Source of the DNA: Octopus sinensis
Taxonomy: Eukaryota
Direction of reading: 5' to 3'
Assembly: GCF_006345805.1 (NCBI RefSeq)
Contig: NC_043003.1
Location: 28,086,001 to 28,150,000 of the forward strand
Length of the DNA stretch: 64,000 nt
The position numbers and the translations under genes are program-made. Every line of letters begins with the position of its first letter. Position 1 is the stretch's first letter. Positions 23,996 to 35,659 of the stretch are shown piece by piece. Below the pieces are notes generated by a model, which was not told the origin of the DNA, searched no databases, and saw only the letters and a program-made list of their open reading frames with translations.

Positions 23996-24143
23996 TATGC
24001 ATTGGCACACACAGACACACTCCAAAAAATAAGCATGTGTGCTTTTGTGTATGTGTTGTGTGTGTGTGTGTGTGTGTGTATGATATTAATAGCTGTTCTA
24101 TTTAATCCAGATGTTTTTGTAACATTCCTTTGTTGCCTTGCAG

Positions 24144-24391
24144 GTCAATTGCCCGTCTTGCCCAAGTTTCCAAAAAGACACTGCAGCAGGAAGCACTCAC
24201 CTGTACCATTGATTTGAGCCACGAGAAGGAATGGAAGCTGGCCAAGTGCATTATGCGTTTTGCCGATGTGATCCAGAAAGTGTTGGGTGACCTCCTCCTT
24301 CATTCTGTCTGTGACTATGTTTATGAACTGGCAACAGTCTTCACAGAATTCTATGACCAATGCTACTGTATCGAGAAAGATCGCCAAACAG
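24144..24391 (+). CDS. RARS1: Arginyl-tRNA synthetase exon, anticodon-binding (DALR) domain
   Basis: Acceptor ccttgcag, donor gtatga; 248 nt encoding [82 protein letters not shown](G). Confidence 0.96.
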
Positions 24392-24614
24392 GTATGATGT
24401 TTTCTTTGTTGTTTGTGTGTTTATTTGTTTGATTGTTTGTTTTATTTCTATTTATGGTGAGAGTAATAAGAACTCAGATCATACTTGCATGGCATACTAT
24501 GTTTACACTTGTGCATATCATTGCATACACATACACACATACAAACATATATTCATCCACACATGGTGATGATGATGTGTGTATGAATTGTGTGTGTGTG
24601 TGCATGCGCATATA

Positions 24615-25371
24615 GTTGCACTTGTTTTAGCAATCCAGTCACTTTGTGAATGCTCCATGGACGTCCTCAAAAGTAAATGTGTCCAGACCCTTGTCACAGC
24701 TGCCTTCATCTTCTCTTTCAGCTAGGAGAACAACTAAAAGTCACAGGGAGTAAGGCCTGGACTGTAGGGAGTTTGAGAGACAGTTCTGATGCTCATTGCT
24801 GTCAAATTGTCAGTTAACCAGATTAGAATTGTGCATTGGTGAATTGCCCTGGTTCAGGTGCTCTGGCCTTTTTTCTGAACTCCCTCTAAACCTCCATAAA
24901 GTACTCCTTGCTGACCGTCTGGCCAGAGGGAACCCAGTTGATGTATACAATACCCTTATATTCAAAAAAAAGGGAATTGTTATAATCTTTTTGGTGGACT
25001 TGCTCTGCCTGGCTTCTTGTGTCAGTGAGAGACAGATACTTGGCTCATACACATTAGTCCATAAGCAATCTGGAGCAGTTCATAAGTTTCTGTAATGTAT
25101 TTGCCCAGTTTGACATGAAACTTTATTGCACAGCAAAGCTTCCGATTTGTCTTCACATCTGGACTGCATTCTGCAAGCTAGTCAGCTGTGACAGAGTTTA
25201 GTAAAGTGTATTCAAAGTGCTGTTACGGCCATCTCTTTCAGTATGGAATAGAAAAGTTGGCCGGTCAGATTATAAGATGTTTAGTAATGATATACTAAAC
25301 TCACAATAATCTACGGCATTTATAACTGCCTCTTTTAAAAATGTCTCAAAACTTCTGGAATGCACCTTGTA
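24615..25371 (-). mobile_element. Decayed mariner transposon
   Basis: Terminus tacaaggtgcattccagaagttttgagac on -; remnants EYKGIVYINWVPSGQTVSKEY, PYSPGLTPCDF, KAAVTRV. Confidence 0.75.
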
Positions 25372-25429
25372 TTTATGTGTGTGTGCACGCATGCGCACAT
25401 GTATACATATATACAGGTGTGTGTGTGTG

Positions 25430-25471
<42 letters not shown>

Positions 25472-25779
25472 GGAGTAGATGAAGCAGGGACAACTGATGA
25501 AGAGAATATTCTTTATGTTGCATGTCTTGTTTCTCTGTTTATTTTTTCATTGTTCGAAAAAAGTTTGTTTTCTATTTTTTTGTATTTATGTTTTCATTTC
25601 TCATTGTGCTCAACGTTTTTTTTTTTGATGTCCTGTACCCATATATGCATGTATATATACACATATATAAGTAGGTATGTACATATATGTAGTTATATAT
25701 GCATATGTTTATATATTATATTATTATATGATCGAACACCACGCATCCTTTTCCAAGTAAGTTTTATATATATATATTG

Positions 25780-26230
25780 AACGTGGCCAATGCCAGCACC
25801 TCCTTGACTGGCTTCCGTGCCGGTGACACGTAAAAAGCACCCACTACACTCACGGAGTGATTGGCGTTAGGAAGGGCATCCAGCTGTAGAAACACTGCCA
25901 GATCAGACTGGAGCCTGGTGCAGCCTCCTGGCTTCCCAGACCCCGGTCGAACTGTCCAACCCATGCTAGCACGGAAAACGGGCGTTAAACGATGATGATA
26001 TATATATACATGTATGTATGTATGTATATATATACACATACACACACACACACATTTATTTAAATATCTTCATCATCAACATCATCATTTTAACATCCAC
26101 CAGAATTTGTTGAGGCTGATTTGCTATGACTGGATGCACTTCCAGTCACCAACCATCACCTGTTTCCAAACAAAGTAATATTTCCCCCATGGCTGGACAT
26201 GACTTCAGAGAAGCAAAAGTGTGCCACTTG
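25780..26230. mobile_element. Family C repeats, tail-to-tail: 25780-25998 (+) and 26075-26230 (-)
   Basis: ccaacccatgctagcacggaaaacgggcgttaaacgatgatgat on +; catcatcattttaacatcc on -. Confidence 0.8.
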
Positions 26231-26477
26231 TGTGATGGTGTTACTCATTTGCATCTATCACTCAGTGTCAATATGAGGACACACACACACACACACTTTT
26301 TTCAGTTACCATCTGCCAAATCCCTTCTGAAAGCTTTGGTTGGCCCAAGAAACATTTCCCCGTGGTGTAACGCAGTGGAATGAACCTGAAACCGTATGGT
26401 TGTGAAGTGAACTTCTTTACCATGCAATCATGTCTGTGCTTATACACAGCATATATATATATATATAAAAGGGTAAA

Positions 26478-26733
26478 GACCCCCTTCGATCATGAATGAC
26501 CATGGGATTGCACCTAGAAAGTTACCCTCTTAGACACAAGTCCGGGCAAGGTTGTTTATAGAAGACCAGCAGTTGCCCATGCATACCAGCCTCCCCTCTC
26601 CATGCCACCAGTGTTATCCAAGGGACAGACAAAGGTCGATACAGCTTGGCACCAGTGACGTCGCAACTCATTTCTACAGCTGAGTGAACTGGAGCAACGT
26701 GAAATAAAGTGCCTTGCTCAAGAACACAACACA
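26478..26733 (-). mobile_element. SINE family D, 5'-truncated
   Basis: Same sequence as 10676-10994. Confidence 0.88.
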
Positions 26734-27087
26734 TGTATATATATATATATACATATGTACATTTATTTATATATTATATATCAGCAACAATAATAATAAG
26801 AGTTATTATGAAGTGGCGTAACATTCCCTGTTTATATATAAAAAGGATTAAAAGTAATGCTATGCCACTTCGTAATAATTCTTCTTATTATCATTGTTGA
26901 TATTATATACTCCAGGAAACCTATAGAGTTAAGGTAATATATTAAGAATTATCCAACAGAATATATCTCTAAATTCTTATCTTATGAGAATACTATTAGA
27001 TTTATATATTAACTGTCGAATAACTCATTTTGAATACCCAACTGAGAATAACCAGTAAACATTTGGAGTAATCCTTTACTATTTATC

Positions 27088-27138
<51 letters not shown>

Positions 27139-27258
27139 TATATATAAAATTTAGAGGATTGATCACTAAAAGTGGACAGCCTTTATGCTAGATATAGATG
27201 TTAAAATCGCCATTTTCCATGGAGAATGTGTTCTCAAGAAAAAATTCAGCAAAAAAAA

Positions 27259-28122
27259 CAAGGTGGTATCAAAAAGTTCCGGGACTAGTTATGTTTAGTA
27301 AAAAAAAATAACTTATTAACCTAAGTTTTAACATTACCTCCTTTGAAATAGTCACCCTGCACGGCAACACACCAGTCCCAGTGTTCCTACCATTTTTGCA
27401 ATCTGGCCTGGATTCTGTAAGCAGGTCAAGGACCTTCTGCAGTTCGCTCTGGATCTTGACAACAGTGTTGAAATGATGACCTTTGAGCTGCATTTTCATC
27501 TTGAGGAAGAGATGGAAGTCTGCAGGTGCTAAATTTGGTGAACAGGGCAGGCATGGAAGCGATGCTATGTTGCTTTTGTGTGAGAAACTTACAAATCAGG
27601 AGAACTCAGTGACAGGGTGCATTGTCATTAGGAAGAATTTAATTCTTTGCACTCCACAGATTGGGTTGCTTTTGCCTAATGTCCTCCCCCAAATGCTTCA
27701 AAATGTCACAGCAGAACTCTTGATTGCGGGTCTTGCCCTGGGGGGATGAATTCTCAAAGCATGACACCACATTTCAGAAGGTTACACTTGTGGCAGTTCT
27801 TCCACTTTTGAAGCACCCACGCCACTTGAAACATTGCATACAACCCATTGCCTCATTGCCGTAAGCTTGCTGAAGTATGCTCAATGTCTCTATAGTAAAT
27901 TTCCCGAGTTCAGCACAAAATTTCACATTCGCTCTTTGTTCCTGTCCATGACAAAATAGTAGACTACAGCATACACATGATCACAAATTTCACAACTTGC
28001 AAAGTAAACACAGCGATGTCACTCACGGAGGTCATTGCTAGCTCTCACTGCGCATGCAACTTTGTACTGCCATCAGTTGGTGCACTACAGAAATAGTCCT
28101 GGAACTTTTTGATACCTCTTCA
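27259..28122 (-). mobile_element. Internally deleted mariner element with both TIRs (copy 1)
   Basis: Left gtggtatcaaaaagttccgggacta, right tagtcctggaactttttgatacctc; remnants CSPNLAPADFHLFLKMKMQLKGHHFNTVVKIQSE and EQRANVKFCAELGK. Confidence 0.85.
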
Positions 28123-28234
28123 TATATGTGTGTGTGTGTCAAAACAATTGTAGTGATTAATAAACATTCTTGTATATTCCATCTTTCTCGTTAATTAAAC
28201 ATATATATGTGTGTGTGTATATATATATATATTT

Positions 28235-28410
28235 ATCATCATCATCATCATCATCATCATCATTTAACGTCCATTTTCCGTGCTAGCACGGGTTGGACAG
28301 TTCGACCGGGGTCTGGGAAGCCAGGGGTTGCACCAGGCTCCAGTCTGATCTGGCAGAGTCTCTACAGCTGGATGCCCTTCCTAACGCCAACCACTCCGCG
28401 AGTGTAGTAA
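28235..28410 (-). mobile_element. Family C repeat (second copy at 29635-29810)
   Basis: (CAT)n-ttaacgtccattttccgtgctagcacgggttggacag.. Confidence 0.85.
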
Positions 28411-28468
28411 TATGTATATTTATACATATATATATATATGTGTATATATATATGTGTGTATGTGTGTG

Positions 28469-28539
<71 letters not shown>

Positions 28540-28659
28540 TATATATAAAATTTAGAGGATTGATCACTAAAAGTGGACAGCCTTTATGCTAGATATAGAT
28601 GTTAAAATCGCCATTTTCCATGGAGAATGTGTTCTCAAGAAAAAATTCAGCAAAAATAA

Positions 28660-29521
28660 CAAGGTGGTATCAAAAAGTTCCGGGACTAGTTATGTTTAGT
28701 AAAAAAAAATAACTTATTAACCTAAGTTTTAACATTACCTCCTTTGAAATAGTCACCCTGCCCGGCAACACACCAGTCCCAGTGTTCCTACCATTTTTGC
28801 AATCTGGCCTGGATTCTGTAAGCAGGTCAAGGACCTTCTGCAGTTCGCTCTGGATCTTGACAACAGTGTTGAAATGATGACCTTTGAGCTGCATTTTCAT
28901 CTTGAGGAAGAGATGGAAGTCTGCAGGTGCTAAATTTGGTGAACAGGGCAGGCATGGAAGCGATGCTATGTTGCTTTTGTGTGAGAAACTTACAAATCAG
29001 GAGAACTCAGTGACAGGGTGCATTGTCATTAGGAAGAATTTAATTCTTTGCACTCCACAGATTGGGTTGCTTTTGCCTAATGTCCTCCCCCAAATGCTTC
29101 AAAATGTCACAGCAGAACTCTTGATTGCGGGTCTTGCCCTGGGGGATGAATTCTCAAAGCATGACACCACATTTCAGAAGGTTACACTTGTGGCAGTTCT
29201 TCCACTTTTGAAGCACCCACGCCACTTGAACATTGCATACAACCCATTGCCTCATTGCCGTAAGCTTGCTGAAGTATGCTCAATGTCTCTATAGTAAATT
29301 TCCCGAGTTCAGCACAAAATTTCACATTCGCTCTTTGTTCCTGTCCATGACAAAATAGTAGACTACAGCATACACATGATCACAAATTTCACAACTTGCA
29401 AAGTAAACACAGCGATGTCACTCACGGAGGTCATTGCTAGCTCTCACTGCGCATGCAACTTTGTACTGCCATCAGTTGGTGCACTACAGAAATAGTCCTG
29501 GAACTTTTTGATACCTCTTCA
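28660..29521 (-). mobile_element. Internally deleted mariner element (copy 2, from the tandem duplication)
   Basis: Near-identical to 27259-28122. Confidence 0.85.
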
Positions 29522-29875
29522 TATATGTGTGTGTGTGTCAAAACAATTGTAGTGATTAATAAACATTCTTGTATATTCCATCTTTCTCGTTAATTAAACA
29601 TATATATGTGTGTGTGTATATATATATATATTTATCATCATCATCATCATCATCATCATCATTTAACGTCCATTTTCCGTGCTAGCACGGGTTGGACAGT
29701 TCGACCGGGGTCTGGGAAGCCAGGGGTTGCACCAGGCTCCAGTCTGATCTGGCAGAGTCTCTACAGCTGGATGCCCTTCCTAACGCCAACCACTCCGCGA
29801 GTGTAGTAATATGTATATTTATACATATATATATATATGTGTATATATATATGTGTGTATGTGTGTGTATATATA

Positions 29876-29922
<47 letters not shown>

Positions 29923-30430
29923 ATATATATATATATATATCTTTTATTTCTTTTCTCTTTTAAATATACCATGGATAACATTCACATCCCTTTATTTACA
30001 TTATTCACATAATAGTTTCATGCAATTCATCATCTAAACACCACCATTTTAGTGTAAATTGGTGCTATTAATTGCTTAATATGATTATTATTAATTAGTC
30101 AAATACATATTAGATGATGAACTGGCAGAATCATTAGCTCATTGGACAAAATGTTAAGTGGCATTTCTCTGGCTGTTTACAATTTGAATACAAATTCTGC
30201 TGAGGTTCACCTTATCTTTCAACCTTTTGGGGTTTTCATATGATAAGTACTAGTTGAGCACTGGGGTTGATGTAATTGACTAACACCCTCCCAATAAAAT
30301 TATTGGTCTTGTACTAAAATTTGAAACTAGCTGCTATTTTTTTTTTTTTAATAATTTCAAAAATTGTTTTTAATTTTCACAATTTTCTATAATTTTGAAT
30401 CCATCACTCTGCTGTCGTTTTTATTTCCAG

Positions 30431-30540
30431 GCGAGATCATTAAAGTAAACATGAGCCGTTTGCTGCTATGTGAAGCAACAGCCAATGTCATTGGTACTAT
30501 CTTCTTCATCCTTGGTATCCAACCTGTCGACAAGATGTAA
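30431..30540 (+). CDS. RARS1: Arginyl-tRNA synthetase terminal coding exon
   Basis: Acceptor ttatttccag; encodes (G)EIIKVNMSRLLLCEATANVIGTIFFILGIQPVDKM-stop (TAA 30538-30540), the typical ArgRS C-terminus ending LGIxPVxxM. Confidence 0.95.
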
Positions 30541-30648
30541 TGGTGAAGACCAAATTATTTTATCCTCCATTTACACACACATATATATATATATATATGA
30601 TTTTTATGAATAAGCTGGATAATTTCCAAATAATTTCTTTGTGGGGAA

Positions 30649-30654
30649 AATAAA
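30649..30654 (+). terminator. Candidate RARS1 polyadenylation signal
   Basis: First AATAAA after the stop codon, about 110 nt downstream, followed by a T-rich stretch. Confidence 0.5.
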
Positions 30655-30971
30655 TATATATTTACCAGGTTTTGACTTTTTCTTTTCTATTTTTTCAATT
30701 ATTATTATTATTATTGTTGTTATCAAGGCGGCAAGCTGGCAGAATCGTTAACATACCAGGCGAAATGCTTAGTGGTGTCTCACCTGTCCTTACGGTCTGT
30801 GTTCAAATTTTGCTGCGGTTGACTTTGCCTTTCATCCTTTCAGGGTTGATAAAATAAGTACCAGTTGAGTACTGGGGTCAGTGTAACTGACTTACCCCTT
30901 CCCCCAAGTTGCTGGCCTTGTGCTAAAATTTGAAACCATTATTATTAATGTTGTTATTATTATTATTATTA

Positions 30972-31441
30972 TGTTTTTTCCTTCTTTCTTCAAATTTTCT
31001 TCCGTTTCTCGCCGAGTGTTTTCCATACACCTAAGGCAGAGAAGGGCATTGTATGCATTCCCAGATTACACACGCAAATTCACAGATAAAATATGTATTT
31101 AAAAATTAATAAATAAATGGATGGATGTTATTTTCACAGCGATAGTGCTCTTCTCAGTACATGAGCCATTCCAGTTAATACGATTTTTTACACTTCCTGT
31201 AGGGATGGTGAGCCTGGAATCATTTTCAAATAGGTTTCAGTACCTTTTTTTATCATTCCTAGAGATCCTACAATCACTGGTACTGTAGTCGCTTTGAGTT
31301 GCCACATTTTTTCAATTATTTCAATTTCTATTAGCAGGTCTTTATATTTACTAATCTTGTCAAATTCTTTCGCTACTATATTGTGATCACAGGGAATACT
31401 CATGTCAATTAATAAACACATCCTTTTTGTCTGATCTTTTG
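30972..31441 (-). mobile_element. 3' fragment of an R4/Dong-like RLE non-LTR retrotransposon embedded in (TAA)n
   Basis: KDQTKRMCLLIDMSIPCDHNIVAKEFDKISKYKDL..EKMWQLKATTVPVIVGSLGMIKK..QEV*KIVLTGMAHVLRRALSL* (TGA 31134-31136), short 3' UTR, then (AAT)n. Confidence 0.85.
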
Positions 31442-31538
31442 TAATAATAATAATAATAATAATAATTATTATTATTATTATCGTTGTTGTTGTTATTATT
31501 ATTATTATTATCATTATTATTATTATTATTATTATTAA

Positions 31539-31574
<36 letters not shown>

Positions 31575-31786
31575 GGCGGTGAGCTGGCAGAATTGTTAAC
31601 ACGCCGGGCAAAATGCTTAACAGTATTTCGTCCATCTTTACGTTTTGAGTTCAAATTCTGTCGAAGTCGACTTTGCCTTTCATCCTTTCAGGGTTCGATA
31701 AATTAAGCACCAGTGAAGCATTGGGGTTGATGTGATCGACTTACCCCCTCCCACAAATTTCAGGCCTTGTGCCTCCAGTAGAAAGG

Positions 31787-31866
<80 letters not shown>

Positions 31867-32168
31867 GCACAGAAGCAGTACCGTAGCCAATAAGAGTTAT
31901 CCAAGGCATGGTTATTATCATTATCATTATTATTACTACTATTATTATTAAGGTGAAGATCTGCAGAAATTGTGGGCCAAACAAAATGCTTTGCGGCATT
32001 AACTCTGGCTCTTTGTGCTCTGAGCTCATATATAACTGAGGTTGACTTTATCTTTCATCCTTTTGGAGCTGATAAAGTACCACTCGAGTACTGGGGGCCA
32101 ATGTAATCAACCAAACCTGTCACCCTAAAACTGCTGACTTGTGCCAAAATTAGAAACAATTATTATTA

Positions 32169-32222
<54 letters not shown>

Positions 32223-32378
32223 TATTATTATGGTGGCGAGCTGCTGAGGTTGACTTTACCTTTCATCCTTTCAGAGTTGATAAATTAAGTACCAGTTGAG
32301 TACTGGGGTTGATGTAATTGACTATCCCACTCCCCCAAATTTCAGGGCTTGTGCCTATAATAGAAAGGATCATCATCA

Positions 32379-32465
<87 letters not shown>

Positions 32466-32568
32466 TGTTATTATTATTGTTATTATTATTATTATTTCTG
32501 TCTTTGTATTTTCATCTATGTCCCTGTGACTAATAAAAAATTATTATGATTATTTATTTATTTATTTA

Positions 32569-32616
<48 letters not shown>

Positions 32617-33214
32617 TCTTTATTTTATTTGTTCTGAGTTCAAATTTTGCTGGTGTTAACTTTGTATTTCCCTCTAGCAGTTGATAAAATAAAAGTACCA
32701 GCGAAGTTCTGGGGTCATTGTAATCGACTCATCCCTCCCCCTAAAATTGCTGGCTTTGTGCTAAAATTTGAAACATTATTATTATTATTATTATTGTTAT
32801 TAAGTTGGTGAGATGGCAAAATTGTTTGCATGCCGGGCGAAATGCTTAGTGGCTTTTCAACTGTCTCTATGCTCTGAATTCAAATTCCACTGAGGACGAC
32901 TTTGCTTTTCACCCTTTTGGGGTTGATAAAATAAGTACCAGTTGAGTACTGGAGTTGATGCAATCAACTTAACCCCTCCTCCAAAATTGCTGACCTTGTG
33001 CCAAAATTTGAAACCATTATTAAGAAGTAGTAGTAGATTGGTGGAATTATTGGTGCATTTGGAAAAAAAAAACGCCTTGCAATATTCTACTTCCATCTGG
33101 TAAATGGCTTTGCTCAATATGTAGAAAAGTAGTTGATAGAAATTCCATATAGTAAACACAGTACAAACTGTAGATACATAAGAGGTGCAGTGGTGTCATA
33201 GAAGAGGTTAACTG

Positions 33215-33548
33215 AGAAAGCAGGCTTTGCATGTGGCAAATAAAGAGCACTCCATCGGTTATGACGATGAGGGTCCCAGCTTATACGATCAATGGAACAG
33301 CCTGTTCGTGAAATTAATGTGCAAGTGACTGAGCAATCCACAGACACGCATATCCCTAACATAGTTCTTGGGGAGATTCAGCGTGACACAAAGTGTGACA
33401 AGGCCAACCCTTTGAAATACAGCTGAGTTGACTAGAACAATGGGAAATAAAGTGTCTTTCTCAAGGACACAACGCGTTGCCAGGGATCAAACTCATGATC
33501 TTACGATCGTGAGCTGAATACCCTAACCACTAAGCCACGCGCTTTCAC
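33215..33548 (-). mobile_element. SINE with D-like tRNA head and a different tail
   Basis: Reverse head gcgtggcttagtggttagggtattcagctcacgatcgtaagatcatgagttt. Confidence 0.75.
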
Positions 33549-33569
33549 ATGTGGCAAATACACAGGAGT

Positions 33570-35315
33570 TAAAAACACCAAGATCACAAAGTAAATAGAT
33601 TTGCTCAAATGTCCAGGTGGATCCCTAGAGGTAGTAGATAAACACCAAGAGCACAAGGTAAATAGATTTACTCAGATGTACAGGGAGATACTTAGAGGTA
33701 GTTCATAGTTTCTATTACCTAGGTAACCTAACTCGTGTTAAAGAAGAATGTTCTGAAGGAATAGCTGCTAGAATGTAAACCAATTGGAGAATGTTAAGAG
33801 GGTTGTTATCTGTTGGTAATAGAAGGTTTCTCCCTCAGAGTGAAAGGCAGATTGTAACATATTTGTATACAAACTATGTGGTAGAAACATGGGCCCTGAA
33901 TGGAGAGGACATGCAAAGCCAAGAAAGAAATGAAGCTAGTATGCTTTACTGAATGTGGAATTTTAGCATGCATGTATGACAAAGTGCAAATGTGTTCAAA
34001 GAAAAAAAGGGCATAAGAGGCATCAGAGAAAAGACTGCATTGGTATGGACATATGTTTAATATGGATGAGAACTGTTGTATAAAGAAGTACTGGTTGTTT
34101 AATGTGGATGGAGCTTGTGGAAGAGAAAGAGCATGTCTTCCTAGCTCTCAAAATTTTGAACCTCATGAGTGTATAAAAGATTGAGATTAATGCCAATATG
34201 TGGTGCTCAAAAAGACCTACCCATCACAATAATACAGGCTTTGGAAACATAGTGTATATGCCCTCAACTAAGCCCTTCGCTCAACTTGTCCTTGATAAAC
34301 CCTCTCCACAACCCCTTATCTTCCTATCACTTATTCCTCCATTCCTCTTAGCAGTATTCTACTGCTGTAATCAAATAAAGCAGAACTAAATATTTCATTT
34401 TTCTGTTTTTTCTACTTGTTATCTCTCCTTCTCCTGGGAACCACTTCTTTTGACATCCATCCTTCATTCTTAACATTGCCCTTCTCCACTCACATTTTCC
34501 ATTGATCGCCCTTTTCGTGCTCCCGATTCTCTCTCTCCCTCCATTGAACCACCTATTGTTATCTGACCCTTAGGTACCTCTGGCCATCTCTATCACCGCT
34601 TATATCTCATTCTTCCCACACACTCTTTCAACCTATCCAACACCCACATGTTATTCCCCTTTCTCTCATCTTTCCTGTACTGCCAGTCATCACTTCCTCT
34701 CTCCTTCCTTCTCTCTAACTCATTTACTATCGATCACACCTCTACCCTTACTTACCTTTCACCCACTCTTTTACTACTGCTCACTCCCTTCCTATGCCCT
34801 TGCTACCTCAACTCACTTACCCTTCTTAATCTTCTGTCCCCATTCTCTCTTCTATTCACCTTTTTGTATTTTGAGAGCACACTCTGGCACCTTGTCATTA
34901 CCATTTATCTCTCTATCCTGCTCCACCTTACTCCAGCCTGCTTTTATAATATGCAAAGTAGCCAAGTGTCTCCTTTACAGCAAGAACACCTGTTTCTGTC
35001 TCTCTGTCATACTTTAATCTCATATCACCTAGCATAAAACCACCTCTTCTACTGTATTCCCACTCACTTGAAGGCTTTCTCTTTGCTTTGCAAATCCTTG
35101 GCTACCTCACTAGTACTAATGCCATGAAAAGACAAAAAAGAAACACCCAATACACTCTGTAAAGTGGTTGGCATTAGGAAGGGCAACCAACTGTAGAAAC
35201 CATGTCAAGGCAGATTTTGGAGCTCAACACAGCCCTCTGGTTCATCCATTCCTGTCAAATAATCCAACCAATGCCAGCATCATGGAAAATTGACATCAAA
35301 TTGTGGTGATGATGA
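33570..35315 (+). mobile_element. Decayed RTE-type LINE 3' portion, ending in a family C terminus
   Basis: Remnants ETWALNGEDMQ..ERNEASML, KKGIRGI..RLHWYGHM..MDENCCIKKY..NVDGACGR; pyrimidine-rich 3' region; terminus ccaaccaatgccagcat..gatgatga; about 67 bp local duplication at 33572-33706. Confidence 0.6.
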
Positions 35316-35391
35316 TAGTGTGTGTGTGTATATGAATACAGCTCTTTGTCTAAATCAGGGATAATCAGCCATTTTTTGCCTCTCTTACTCT

Positions 35392-35596
35392 TTTTCTTTT
35401 TTACTTGTTTCAGTCATTTGACTGCAGCCATGCTGGAGCACTGCCTTTAGTCAAGCAAATTGACCCCGGGACTTATTCTTTGGAAGCCTAGTACTTATTC
35501 TATTGGTCGCTTTTGCCGAACCGCTAAGTTACGGGGACATAAACACACCACCATTGGTTGTCAAGTGATGTTGGTGGGATAAACACAGACACACAA

Positions 35597-35659
<63 letters not shown>

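Larger units (their letters stand above)
27146..29940 (+). repeat. Tandem duplication, two near-identical units of about 1.4 kb (period 1401)
   Basis: aaaatttagaggattgatc at 27146 and 28547; only a few differences seen; units bounded by (TA)n-A-(TA)n tracts. Confidence 0.95.
30115..33020 (+). mobile_element. Array of about 7 same-strand SINE family A copies with (ATT)n spacers, straddling the last RARS1 exon
   Basis: Copies at about 30115-30330, 30724-30940, 31573-31790, 31950-32160, 32231-32370, 32630-32775 and 32805-33020. Confidence 0.88.

Noticed and set aside
25500-25540. ctgatgaagagaatattc as a hammerhead core
   Set aside because: No GAAA plus stem III and cleavage triplet at a workable spacing.
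14934-30540. Special link between tRNA-derived SINEs and a tRNA synthetase gene
   Set aside because: SINE density looks similar outside the gene (33-64 kb), and I cannot assign the SINE heads to tRNA-Arg from sequence alone.
30115-33020. CRISPR-like or functional repeat-spacer array
   Set aside because: The repeats are about 200 bp diverged SINEs and the spacers are microsatellites, in a eukaryotic context.
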